Assembly (NCBI GenBank): GCA_965232515.1
Contig: CBDDPY010000002.1
Location: forward strand, 7,072,001 to 7,136,000
DNA: 64,000 bases
Direction: 5' to 3'
Origin: Alphaproteobacteria bacterium
Lineage (GTDB): Bacteria > Pseudomonadota > Alphaproteobacteria > GCA-2731375
Part shown: piece by piece, positions 28,401 through 32,425 of the stretch
Layout of the letters: the number at the start of each line of letters is the position of its first letter
Position numbering within the stretch: position 1 is the first letter of the stretch
The notes under the pieces: model-generated
The model's database searches: none
What the model saw: the letters and a program-made list of their open reading frames with translations, nothing else
Told to the model about the DNA's origin: nothing
Made by a program: the position numbers and the translations under genes

Positions 28401-29138
28401 TCCAACGCTGCCATCAGGATCCGGCAAGAGGGTGCAGGTACTGTTCTGACCGTCGACCTGGATCTTGCAACTGACCGTCGTGCCGCGAATGCCGACCGTC
28501 GCGACAGGCGTCTGCACGCGCATCGCGTCGGCGCCAGATGCGGCGATGCTGCCGGTCAAAAACGCGAATGTTCCCTGCAGCACCGACACAGCCATTGAGC
28601 CGCCGCCGTCGGGATTGAAGACGAGCTCGTTAAGCACCATGCGGGCGCTGTCCGAGAGGGTGAACAGCGTATCGTCGACGAACTTGATGCCGACCGCGCT
28701 GTCGCCAGTCGTTGTGATCGTGTCGTTCAGAAAAACCGGATCTCCGACCGTCAACGTGTCGGTGACGCCATTGGTGTGCGTGGCCTGTACCTGGCCGTCG
28801 AGTTCGACGACCTCACCAATCGGCTGCGCGCCTGGCGGCGGCGTTACCTGCGCCACCTGGGCCGGCGCCCGCGGGCCAACCAGAATTTCGACGATGTCGG
28901 CGGCCAGAATCGCGCCGTCCGCCGTCTGCAGCGAGGGCGCGCTGTCATAGGCGAAGTAGTTTCTGACGATGACGTCTGGACCAGCGTCGACCTTTATCAG
29001 CAGGTTGTCGTCGAGCCGAAGGAAAGTTGCCGAAAAAAGCGACGCGTCGAGGGGAACATCCACGGCAATGGTTGTGGATTTGACTTCCAAAACCACCGCA
29101 TCAGCCGGTCCGCCCAGGTGTGTGCCGTCCCGCAACAC
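4479..29138 (-). CDS. Giant T1SS-secreted RTX adhesin (8219 aa): FecR-like N-terminus, RTX repeats, Ig/cadherin-like repeats, beta-helix passenger-like modules, C-terminal RTX secretion region
   Basis: Uninterrupted 24.66-kb ORF between the TolC-like gene and the ABC/HlyD genes; GGxGxD nonapeptides in three clusters; TPVATVGIRGT FecR-like motif; no Sec signal peptide; C-terminal GGAGADML...DVIADFNAVEGDTIAL. Confidence 0.93.
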   Translation of the reverse strand: MLRDGTHLGGPADAVVLEVKSTTIAVDVPLDASLFSATFLRLDDNLLIKVDAGPDVIVRNYFAYDSAPSLQTADGAILAADIVEILVGPRAPAQVAQVTPPPGAQPIGEVVELDGQVQATHTNGVTDTLTVGDPVFLNDTITTTGDSAVGIKFVDDTLFTLSDSARMVLNELVFNPDGGGSMAVSVLQGTFAFLTGSIAASGADAMRVQTPVATVGIRGTTVSCKIQVDGQNSTCTLLPDPDGSVGLVSISNAAGQRILSEAFQSTEVVSFFATPGETFVIAPDEMRALFGGAVRILESQSGTRQRRGDIQEDGETQRAEAEDGDLTPEQLAGIAPAAGASETTIPAVSETLIAALEAFDPVADATVGAADDDQIAAGDPAATASSDDATTTTNGSTSEDQLVTTPPTGPTTFSGSPAADVIVGTDGDDQVDGFGGSDLLDGGAGNDVIAGGDDDDILIGGPGNDTLDGGSGNDRLTGGAGDDQVVGGPGDDVIVAGEGEGDDVYDGGPGTDTIIYPSAASGVEIDLAAGTASGLDVDSDELIAIENATGGPGNDTIAGDDAANVLDGAGGDDILIGRGGDDQLIGGAGNDQLTGGAGNDQLDGGDGDDIAVIGGSVDDSDVTITGVGTATIVGPDGTDTLTGIETIRFDDVDITLTGINNDPLGRDDSFTTNEATPLVTGNVLLDNGAGPDIDLDGDALTVTEVNGQSANIGSQIILASGALLTLNADGTFAYEPNGQFEDLGVGQSRDDSFDYTVSDGNGGTATVTATVTVTGVNDGPVAQADAFTTDEDSALIGGNVLADNGSGADADIDGDSLSIAEVNGDPADVGNQVALSSGALLTLNADGSFSYDPNGQFDGLDVGQTGSDSFDYTVSDGQGGFDSATVTITVTGANEVPIAQDDAFSTDEDTALAGGNVLADNGNGPDSDADDPLTVSAVNGSPADIGAQITLASGALLTLNADGSFAYDPNGQFDDLAVGQSRDDSFDYTISDGRGGSASATATVTVTGVNDAPVAQADGFTTDEDTALTSGNVLADNGNGPDSDVDSAVLTVSAVNGETADVGNQITLGSGALLTLNADGTFTYDPNGQFDSLTTGETANDSFQYTLSDNDGASDTATVDITITGAFDNTAPVAQPDAFTIDEDTALTGGSVLADNGSGADSDVDGDPLTVTEVNGQAAAVGSQIALASGALLTLNADGTFAYDPNGQFEDLGDGQSRDDSFDYTISDGNGGTATATATVTVTGVNDGPVALDDFFVTDENTPLTTENVLAGDGSGPDSDPEGDPLTVIAVNGQPADIGNPISLASGALLTLNADGTFTYDPNGQFDDLGVGSARSDSFDYTISDGNGGTATATATVTVTGVNNDPVARADAFVTDQNTLTAGNVLVDNGSGLDDDPDGDALTVSAVNGSAASVGVQIALASGALLTLNADGSFAYDPNGQFDDLPAGDTVIDSFDYTISDGNGGEATATASIGVTGLNDPPSSILLSNASVDENTPGAVVGTLTAIDPDTGDSHTFTVDDPRFEVVGDQLKLRDGVSLDFETEPTVTVQVTAQDSGGLTVTAGRLFDATQTGQDLIGNPDVTFNETGTISGSAIDFTSGDAGGDQFLFTYDLLPAADRDDVTVTIDIDYEPLTGDNDFIFGLLDGSNITAWERADNSAGSWFVREGVVNGNSVPTFAFVQGGLGAVEPFRLVYAIRNGGDTTMTITEGGDSFTFDFSNNPLNPDAPLTFFIARNDTNEDYRLNSLSITATTPGFTITVNDINDLPVAVDDTSADGAATSNLAAVDIDVLANDTDQDTGDVLEVIDIDTAFFDTQGQVTINPDGTVNYDPAGAFNALAPGETTTDSFRYTVSDGSGGEDSADVTVTITGAGTSTVTFTNGSGDGSWHTDANWDTGRTPIDGDDVVIPSGTGPVVYDTSTTNLNSLTAGDTVDVAAGTLTVATVANFDASAGLTLSGGAYGGPGGTSIAGNFIWSAGTLTGTGGVAVSGSTTVSGAGVKTLDATTLEISAGGIASVLSTTIGGVGTIDNQGDLALIGATLDANLTNQAALSAQRSTSLNGSVGNTATAILRIEGSSVDNARLIVGTGFTNDGIIELSNIFTGASGATLQILSGTLLNSVGGEIRSIAGTGGGGRTIIGSVDNQGALNIVTGLQIDNTSASFNNGGTVTVDGFLIVSNGGGSVSNSGLFDINANLTISNGSGTVSNTGTIDIAAGQTLAVNFGATTLAVGTVLLGTGTLNFNSGSALILDIDLTLTNGSVILDLGGVTVDGAGSLTNARDDFLLFGDTLNVPFVNQAGLIAQGGTAFGADFANTTTATLQIQGLNALDAQLQAFSGFTNDGVIELTNQNAGASGATLQIVTGTLVNSSTGVIRSLTGSSGGTREIIGAIDNQGLIVVSQFLVVSNNGADFANGGTLDVDANLTITNNGGTVSNSGLIDIAAGQSVVVAAGTVTNAIAGVIQGFGTLDVAGAAFTNAGALNPGTSAGGFTILGDYTQTADGVLNIELGGTAGGTFDLLTISGTATLAGTLNITLIGGFTPIAGDSFLVFDAAGTVGTFDTINGLNLGGGLLLDAVLDAPTGDLTLTVVTTGVVTFTNGTGDGSWHTAANWNAGVVPADGDDVIIPAGTGPVTYDTGTTNLGSLTVGDEVIVAAGTLTVAAVSNFDAGAGLTLSGGTFGGADNVNIDGSFDWTAGTLSGAGGFTVSGATTVSGAATKALAGKTLTLIGTSDISNATIGGSGTVDNQGTATIVSTTLGAAFENRGAATIAGTSALSGGGSNDALATLRLDAAFNNASLTLGDDFTNAGLIELTNTQSGVLRPASLSVNAGTLTNTGTVNILAGTGGGQRTLTGTIDNQGLIDADTDATISNNGAAFSNSGTLDVATGQTLTITGGSATFAAGTAFAGDGQLDFASVTLALPVDLTVPAASLSVELRSSTVNGPGRLINASDGLSLINTTVNPDFANQGIATVAGTSALSGGGSNDALATLRLDAAFNNASLTLGQDFTNAGLIELTNTQSGVLRPASLSVNAGTLTNTGTVNILAGTGGGQRTLTGTIDNQGLIDADTDATINNNGAAFSNSGTLDVATGQTMTITGGNATFAAGTAFAGAGQLDFASVTLALPVDLTVPAASLSVELRSSTVNGPGRLINESDDLSLINTDVVAGFENQGTTTVAGTSALSGGGSNDALATLRLDAAFNNASLTFGDDFANAGLIELTNTQSGVLRPVSLTVDSGTLTNTGTINVLAGTGGGQRTLTGTIDNQGLIDADTDATINNNGAAFSNSGTLDVATGQTMTITGGSATFAAGTDFAGDGQLDFASVTLTLPVDLTVPAASLSVELRSSTVNGPGRLINASDDLSLTNTDIAATFENQGTTTVAGTSALASGGSNDALATLRLDAAFNNSSLTFGDDFANAGLIELTNTQSGVLRPVSLTVDSGTLTNTGTISVLAGTGGGPRTLTGTIDNQGLIDVDTDLVFSIAGTTFDNAGTVDIAAGQTLDVNGGAFTNLDGGIIQGFGTLDAASATFTNSGTLNPGTSAGAFAIVGDYTQTATGVLNIELGGTFDVLTISGTATLAGTLNVSIIGGFTPTLGDSFLVFDAASTVGTFDAINGLGLGGGLLLDAVLNAGTGDLTLTVVATGVVTFTNGSGDGSWHTAANWDTGTVPVDGDDVIIPAGTGPVTYDTGVTNLGALSASDGVIVAAGTLNVDGTASFDAGANLTLSGGTYGGGGNATIDGNFDWTTGTLTGAGDFVVDGAATISGAGAKDLDGRVLTLVGTGSVTNASIDGTGTLAAAGSAVLTLTSSTISTIVSNAGTLTALASNTFAGAFSNESGAVLRVDGTDGTALSRLTVENGFTNDGLIELLNTHPNSRTVELDVTTATLVNAATGVIRGLDGGGGGGLLSLDGSVTNQGLIDVDADLTIDNNNATFTNVGTVDVAAGQTLTVSLGSTVLTPTSVLAGTGTLDLVNYDLTLQSDLTLVNGGIVVDLGNGTVNGPGRLINQTDGLTLRSDTVNAELVNQGTLTALASNTFAGAFSNESGAVLRVDGTDGTALSRLTVENGFTNDGLIELLNTHPNSRTVELDVTTSTLVNGATGVIRSLDGGGGGGLLSLDGSVTNQGLIDVDADLTIDNNNATFTNVGTVDVAAGKTLTVSLGSTVLTPTSVLAGTGTLDLVNYDLTLQSDLTLVNGGIVLDLGNGTVNGSGRLINQTDGLTLRSDTVNAELVNQGTLTALANNTFAGVFSNESGAVLRVDGTDGTALSRLTVENGFTNDGLIELLNTHPNSRTVELDVTTATLVNAATGVIRGLDGGGGGGLLSLDGSVTNQGLIDVDADLTIDNNNATFTNVGTVDVAAGQTLTVSLGSTVLTPTSVLAGTGTLDLVNYDLTLQSDLTLVNGGIVVDLGNGTVNGPGRLINQTDGLTLRSDTVNAELVNQGTLTALANNTFAGAFSNESGAVLRVDGTDGTALSRLTVENGFTNDGLIELLNTHPNSRTVELDVTTATLVNAATGVIRGLDGGGGGGLLSLDGSVTNQGLIDVDADLTIDNNNATFTNVGTVDIAASILLDVNGGTFDNLTAGVIQGFGTLDVAGTTFTSSGTLNPGTSAGVFAIVGDYTQTATGVLNIELGGTAGGSFDLLTISGTATLAGTLNVTLIGGFTPTLGDSFLVFDAANSVGTFDTINGLNLGGGLLLDAVLDAGTGDLTLTVVSSGVVTFTNGSGDGSWHTPANWNSGVVPVDGEDVIIPTGTGPVTYDTGATNLANLTNSDLLVVAGGDLSVSGGINTALATVRIESADSEATLTVASGFTNDGLIELTKSSSFFSPAALTGLTVSTGTLVNAGTILTTSGPGGPASGGERALTGAIDNQGLIDIDHRLTIDNTGTTFSNSGTIDVDAALTITNGTGTINNSGTIDIAAGRTLTVDGGTVSIATGTALLGGGTLTLDSYVLDLTADLTSDVSLDLSNGTVNGPGRLINAGADSRLAGDTINAEFVNQGFVTVEQSSNLAGLVTNAALATVRIESADSEVTLTVASGFTNDGLIELTKSSSFFSPAALTGLTVSTGTLVNAGTILTTSGPGGPASGGERALTGAIDNQGLIDIDHRLTIDNTGTTFSNSGTIDVDAGQTLDVNGGAFDNLAAGTIQGFGTLDVDGTTFANAGTLNPGTSAGTFAIIGDYTQTATGVLNIELGGTAGGSFDLLTISGTATLAGTLNVTLIGGFTPSLGDSFLVFDAANTVGTFDTITGLDLGNGLELAAVLDAGTGDLTLTVVNASGIVPGGASTAVQPIVPTETYLRVNADAGALPATAIALATLGISPGDIIALQRLGFYDHDNDGVETPQGILGVFSSSDTLLADNLLNRVPDARDAGRDFVTDNTANGDLPTDIAEDFFIETIVLTVPAGATHLFLSPDDDFFSDNSDPDGDLALRIDRPLVVGNSADADLVLGAGETQTETTAVLGFEAGTVGTLTVSGAGANFTLQETLIVGQRGTGLLDIGPGGTVTAHLVQVGLEASGSGVVDVAGAGAQLTLTGANNRMDVGRAGEGTLNVTNGGAVSAAAIDLGVEAGGSGTLLLDGAGSSIALSGQIRGVDGRLFDGNLRIGVDGSADATVQNGADLTITGQDISQFPAIQLARNTGSSGSFVIDGVGSSVTIQDSFDGDPLLFVGRAGDGAMEVRNGGSFTMTGFSGFVAVGRGDDDQTASVTPSTLLITSGGTFTVTDDDSVMHVGSLPNGTGAVTVDGTGGGATLTVEGFGIDVGNEGTGTLTVSNGGQVTAASLEAGDDAGGNGTITVTGTGSSVVTQGVDNTVRIGQFGTGTLTVQDGATIQTLFLEVGRDTGSDGTATITGPTTVVNVTNDTGRFSGDFDFEAGFVRVGREANSFGTLNVENGARLFIGPGQTTNTDTVGSGLQLGRNLDSDGTVIIDGAGSIIEIEDVNVPDRDIDEFGTFIQIGRVGNGTMVVRNGGEFRGNTVDGSVTVAAGNFDGSVGSTLGTLRIESGGQFNFTTDSGGLTVAGTENSGHVTDGAVVVTGLNSSLMVTGGSGFTFANIGVSGVGTLDVSQSASATFVTDQFTLGLSSNGDGAVTVTDAGSSLDVTGGNGVADIGFSGDGTLEVLNGATATFANTDIRIGGDFSGVGAVTVSGGGSSLTHGSGFEFTVADAGVGNVTVSQGATVTVMSDQFAIGQSFNGTGSLTVTGAGSSFNYTGGTLTSIGASGDGLLSVLAGGSATFANTDVSIGRNAGGIGTVFVSGSGSSFTDTGGFDSDTTLVGQLGAGTLTVQDGGTANVEFMQIGRLAGSNGTVTVTGAGSTLNAAGLDNLNASSFLHIGLAGTGTVNVLNGGQVLLADNGGSFVGFAAGGTLFSDNSTLTGGTGTVNIDGAGSLLQAAGSSAIASVGLFDTGTLNITNGGDLVLDGQTTKANFLIGRAAGSNGQASVSGAGSTLSVLGNGSELAVGLQGSGALTIDQGGLVTVASNGATTIGREAGADGTVTITGDPGGGSPVISRLMAGTDLVVGQDFNGTPLGPGTGGTGTLIVNDFGVAQAESISIGSGGLVSGTGTLDGDVAFAGGRMSPGASFGTLTVTGDFDLAGGFLDLEFGANAATDLDQVAVGNAIAVAGGTLNVSFTAQPLAAASYNFILDNASLGTSAADLSVLVSGVTSAFDFEIQDSSSDGLSFVINGDPTLGNAIRLEGGTADDVAIGGDGDDRLFGGAGNDFLDGGRGTTNILDGGADDDRLESFGFQDILTGGSGADQFEFRVAKLSPFAIGGHTITDFTPGQDIIELVGFETNDPNDVLAGITTDLNGDAVIDGGAGQFPITLQGVTPAELSAGDFLLRVTASGGVSTNGSLNVFVGTSTTETGVLNVTGGADFATAALTIGTDPGNMTGTVNVTGPNTKVSLDATFNRLEIGQAGTGSMTISGGANVDAAVPVAGIEGGTFVGNAAGSNGTLTITGAGSRLDTTSFFAVGSAAVFTNAGSGFDLGTPGGQTVAVVNVLDGGFLNTIGGGVSQGPGGNDFLGTESTIATVNIDGLDSRWVNGGFLQVGEGDNATGTINVTNGGVFLGTGAVFGEAAGASGNLLVDGAGSLFDAGGFFGMARADVFTPAGSGFTQGAAGENATATVEVRNGGTINSSGGRLSQGPFGDGFDGTELTTATVTVTGNGSTWSDTGFFTIGDGANATATVDILSGGTMDLRSGHIGSAAGATTNVTIDGVGSALSFSEFANIGIAEVFTQAGSGFVQGTPGGAVTVTLHVLNGATLDLNDSTVSRARGFSDDSTGSETSDVTINVDGTGSLWDNDGFLRVSETTNSSAQINVTNGALLGTAGTDIAIDTGSSATILIDGASWANTANALDIGLSGTADVTLRNGASFVNNGEFRTAFATGENSNATLTIESGSTWTNNSGFVEFAGDNTANAGNAVVNISGTGSQFNAAGTVTTGVSFVRVGRAGDATVNITNGGTFAIQDATSDPFPGMNIADYRDGVPGVGGTSTVNVDGQGSSLTVSGNSGSINVGRFGADSIGRLNITDGGVVQGVGQDGLVFMSVGRDGATGDILVSGRDVLDNPSTLRLSGVDAVDDDSAFLTVGRSGGTGTLTVSDGGLVEILAPADAVNSPGFQAGLDAGSTGTINVQGAGSLLRLSNDGVNPFVSIGRQGDGFLNVTDGGRIEVNREVDAEFFGQFHIGGSFETENMNPANGVAVVSGAGSEIAMTGSADSLVAVGTGSGSTGSLTVENGGSVSAKVMLIGNPNGTGTVVVDGATVALGGIINTGASVGFGGGLAVGRGGTGTLTLTNAAQLNINSTGDAGGFSLGGTSSEPGGDGAMTVTGGSTVRINGTGNSVTIGRTGNGDMTVNGGSIVDVTFGEVSPGVASTGGTFVGTFAGSSGTLLISGVGTQFLAGDVLGIGVDPDLNPGGTGSVTVSDQALLQATDIFIGADGSLIGNTGGVIQGNVTNDQGGVFQPGASPGTALIDGDFTLSGGTLEIELAGTEAGAYDLIEVSGSVDLTSGLLDIVLLDGYLPQAGDSIQFLSAAQGLDAIVDSLSVAITGAADGFSFDFDYLDGGVVFTALNDAFAADRTALHGGDADDAYDGGDGDDSLDGGAGNDMLFGSAGDDWLTGGAGADMLSGGVGGDTFYYRVTGDGGDVIADFNAVEGDTIALDGASFALTEIDDGNFSVIGAEYDGTNGNSDAYLAGDPSLLADAAGNLIYDPNGEADGYTIVAQVPGADLKANDLQVT
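13800..14810 (-). repeat. Intragenic direct duplication, 681-bp period, about 330 bp near-identical (unit contains TKSSSFFSPAAL)
   Basis: Identical shadow ORF starts at 13867 and 14548; the DNA is visibly near-identical. Confidence 0.85.
15480..17720 (-). repeat. Intragenic tandem repeat, 621-bp (207-aa) period, about 3.5 copies (marker LLNTHPNSRTV x4)
   Basis: Shadow ORFs start at 16009, 16630 and 17251 (621 apart); the copies are near-identical with scattered substitutions. Confidence 0.9.
18740..20860 (-). repeat. Intragenic tandem repeat, 609-bp (203-aa) period, about 3.5 copies (marker TNTQSGVLRP x4)
   Basis: The CCGCAACAC marker occurs at 18864, 19473, 20082 and 20691 (609 apart). Confidence 0.9.
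24700..27160 (-). repeat. Seven tandem Ig/cadherin-like (VCBS/tandem-95-type) repeats of about 117 aa
   Basis: Repeating NxxPVAxxDxFxTDED...NVLADNGxGxDSD...LxSGALLTLNADGxFxYDPNGQF...DSFDYTISDG. Confidence 0.9.
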
Positions 29139-29324
29139 ACGCCCCCCATTCGTCAGCCGCCGGTTTGCCGGATGTCACAGCAACTCCGGTTCTCATGTGA
29201 ATGCGTCCCGGCAGCATCGAAGCGGGTTTGCCCAACGCCCGACCCTTTGACTGCCGCGACACACTTACGCCAACGGCAGGAAAATTATCGGACGCAACCG
29301 ATCGTGGTGTCAATTCATGATTGA

Positions 29325-29339
29325 TTAACCATGTGTTAT
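29325..29339. promoter_or_regulatory. CtrA-like site (TTAACCAT; TTAA-N7-TTAT) in the AT-rich region upstream of the adhesin
   Basis: Sequence TTAACCATGTGTTAT, one mismatch to TTAA-N7-TTAA; could be chance in AT-rich DNA. Confidence 0.3.
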
Positions 29340-29520
29340 TAGCGCTTGCCTAGATTTGGACTATTAGGCGAAGATAAAATACTAGTACTTCTAATTATTT
29401 GCTTTGAGTTCCAGGATTTATCGCTGTAACCGTTGTGATTTTTGCAGCACTTCCTGACCGTTCACATTATCGTCAGGCGGTTGCGGGCTGGTTCGCACTG
29501 GACACGATCAGTGGCTGCGA

Positions 29521-30864
29521 TCAGCGAGAAACGCGCGTGGGTAGTTGCAATATCTCCGGCTTAAGGCGACCCATTGCGCTCAGCAAAGAGTAAGTGGCAA
29601 TCCGCGCATCGTAGCTTGCGTTCACGGAGTTGATCTGTGCGTTGTACAATTCAGTCTCTGCGTCCAGCACGTTGATCGCAGATTCCTGTGCTGCTTCGCG
29701 CAGCCGTTTGCGCGCCTCGAACACCTCGCTGGCGATGTTGACCGCGTTCTGCAGGAGTTCGACCCGTTCGCGCGCAGTTTCTAGACGCGTCCATGTGATC
29801 CGGACGTTCTCCGCAACACGGCGCTGGGAATTCGAAAGCGTCGCGATCTGCTCGGAGTACCGCGCAGATGCTTGCGCGACCCGGGCCCGTGTGGCCCAGC
29901 CTGAAAAGAGATTCCAAGTCAGCCTGACCAGCAGGGACGCTTCACGTCTGATGTCGCGAACGCCCTCGACGTCGTCCTCCCAATTCGCCCTGCCGACCAG
30001 GTCTACGCGAGGGAAGTATCCGCTCCGCGCCACCGTTCGCTGACGATCGGCGACGTCGACGTCACGCTCGCTGCCGATCACGTCGGGATTTTCCTTAAGG
30101 GCGATGTCGACCGCTTCATTCACACCGCCTGGCAGCAGCTCAACCGGCGGGATGGGCTCGACCATGTCGGCAATCTGCGGCGGTCGATCGAATACCTCGT
30201 TGTAGTCGGTCTGGGCTTCCCTCAGTAGGCCCTGAAACGCGACGCGCTGCTCCTTCGATATCTGCAGCCGCGTTTTTGCCAGGAGGACATCGACTGTAAT
30301 GCCACCGCCGCGGCGGACGCGCTCGTCTTCAAGGTTGAGCTGCCGCGCGATCGTTGCTTCGTTGGCCCGCGCCAGGTCTACCAACCGGGTTTGACGCAGG
30401 ACATTGTGATACGCCACCACCCCCTCGAGCAGAATTCGTTGTGTTGTCGATTCCAATGCCTGTTCCGCCGACTGCTGGCTGAGGTTCGCGGCATCGAGGC
30501 TTGCCGTTCGATCGAAACCGTCGAACAGGTTCTGGGTAACGTCGAGCGTCGCCAGATCGCGATTGGTGCTGAGCGGGCTGTCATTCGCGGTGCGCAGAGC
30601 CGGGCTGTCGGTGTACTCGTAGCCGGTATCACCGGAAAGATCGACTTGCGGCAGAAATCTGGAGAACGCCTCATCGACGGCGCCTTTGGCATTCAACACT
30701 CTGTTTCGCGCCGCTTGGATTTCGGGATGGGCGTCGAGCAGCGTTGCCAGTTCGTCTTCCAATGTCTGGCCGACGACTGTTTGACACGTACCAAATGCTA
30801 GAACTGCGCAAATTCCCCCAACAAATACCAGCCGCACGGAGCCCCCCTTCATTGGCTTAGCCAA
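29521..30864 (-). CDS. TolC-family type I secretion outer membrane protein
   Basis: Signal peptide; two OEP repeats (FLPQVDLSG...TQNLFDG; YFPRVDL...WNLFSG); VLDAETELYNAQ. Confidence 0.93.
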   Translation of the reverse strand: MAKPMKGGSVRLVFVGGICAVLAFGTCQTVVGQTLEDELATLLDAHPEIQAARNRVLNAKGAVDEAFSRFLPQVDLSGDTGYEYTDSPALRTANDSPLSTNRDLATLDVTQNLFDGFDRTASLDAANLSQQSAEQALESTTQRILLEGVVAYHNVLRQTRLVDLARANEATIARQLNLEDERVRRGGGITVDVLLAKTRLQISKEQRVAFQGLLREAQTDYNEVFDRPPQIADMVEPIPPVELLPGGVNEAVDIALKENPDVIGSERDVDVADRQRTVARSGYFPRVDLVGRANWEDDVEGVRDIRREASLLVRLTWNLFSGWATRARVAQASARYSEQIATLSNSQRRVAENVRITWTRLETARERVELLQNAVNIASEVFEARKRLREAAQESAINVLDAETELYNAQINSVNASYDARIATYSLLSAMGRLKPEILQLPTRVSR

Positions 30865-31811
30865 TTTGGCAGATCATTGATTCGGTCCGCAACCCATTGG
30901 TGCAGACGATATACACCATCAATTCGCTTGTCACGATTATTGCTCGAGGCTTTGGGCTCTACGCCGGCATTCGAGGGCCCGAAAAGCGTCGGTGTGGATC
31001 CTCGGAAATGCGGCGCAATCCCAGGGGCAAAGCAAGCGGACAGAGAACATCATCGACCGATGAGAAGAAGAGATCTTGATGTCGCGGCCACGCGCCTGCT
31101 GTTGGTCACCGGTGGTATCGAGATCGACAGAGGGCAAGAATCATCAAATCCACTGCGTCGAGCGCAAGCAGAAAAACTGCGCATGCGTTGCGCTCGGGGA
31201 CCGTTATTCATCGAAGCTCGAGGAAGGACCCGTTTCGCATCGCCAGCTGTCAGCGCGACTTGCCGCAGCACAGCAGCGGGTTGCCGTTGATCGGATCTCT
31301 GCTGCGGCACGCAAAACTTGAGACGGGCCAACGAATTCATGAGCTTTGCCGCAGATGCCACACATTTCGTGAAAACACAGCAATGAATCAAAGGCATATG
31401 TGCGAAATCCAGTATTAGGATCTTGGCGTTGGTGCTGTGACAGCGCGGCATCCGATCCTAGGGGATTGAACTGCAAGGCGGATCATATGCCGCGGCTGTG
31501 GCGGCTCTCGTGCGGCAGCCTGCGAACCTGCGGCATAGCGATGCCTAGCTACCGGGTCGTCGATAGCGTTCCGTGATCTCGCTTTCCGGCCCGCGTTAAA
31601 GAAGCGATGACATTTGCCGGCCATTCATCTGTGCAGATGACGATGGATCGTTACGGCCACCTTTTTTCCTTCTGCGGATCATCACCTCGGCATGGACAAG
31701 GTCGAAGCCCGACTACTCGGTTGAGCGCAACACCACCGCGATACGGCATGGCTTTCGATCGCTAAGTGGCTGAAATGCCAGCGTGAAATCCCAAGAAAGG
31801 TGGGCTTTAGT

Positions 31812-31851
<40 letters not shown>

Positions 31852-32032
31852 ATCATCAGCAACCACAACACGCGACACCACTGGCCCGGCGCCATGTCCG
31901 GCCAGCACATGGCCGTGCCTGCAGGGTGCCCGATGCGGCGGCGGTGCGACATCGGGCGAGACGGTCGGCGCGGCGAATGCCAGAATGATGAGCTGAAAAC
32001 GTTCGACATCACAGCCCGCATGGGTATCCGCC

Positions 32033-32425
32033 ATGATCAAGCGACTACTTCCACTGCTGTTTCTGCTGGTCTGGAGTGGGCCGGCGGGAACTCAGACGGC
32101 CATAACAGGTCCGGGCGCCAACTCCTGCGATCTGTTCATGAACTTCTACGAGCAGGATCCGGAGACCCGTGAGTTGCTGTTTTTCGCCTGGGCGCAGGGC
32201 TTCATGTCGGGCATGAATGTCGTCGCTCTCAAGCTCAAGGGCGAGGTCATCGACCTGCAGCCCGAGACCTACGATCCGAACCGGCAGATGATCTTCATCC
32301 GAAACTTCTGTTTTTTGCACCGGGGCGAGTCCTACGCGGAGGCCGTCTTCGAGCTCATGACCGAGCTGCGGCATGCCGCCGGACCGCCGGCAAGCGGAAC
32401 GCCGGCGCCGCCGACCGATCAGTAA
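32033..32425 (+). CDS. Small secreted two-cysteine helical protein (HdeA/Rap1a-like, uncharacterised)
   Basis: Signal peptide; GxGxxxC...WAQGFMSGMN...C...AVxxL pattern shared with the N-terminal domain of 45561-46169. Confidence 0.7.
   Translation: MIKRLLPLLFLLVWSGPAGTQTAITGPGANSCDLFMNFYEQDPETRELLFFAWAQGFMSGMNVVALKLKGEVIDLQPETYDPNRQMIFIRNFCFLHRGESYAEAVFELMTELRHAAGPPASGTPAPPTDQ

Noticed and set aside
4419-28950. Many long plus-strand ORFs (up to 778 aa) opposite the giant gene
   Set aside because: Antisense shadows caused by high-GC codon bias; Val/Pro/Ser- or Arg-rich translations that simply mirror the adhesin repeats.
30877-31780. Short ORFs between tolC and the tRNA fragment
   Set aside because: No recognisable motifs or RBS and atypical composition; treated as intergenic or decayed DNA.
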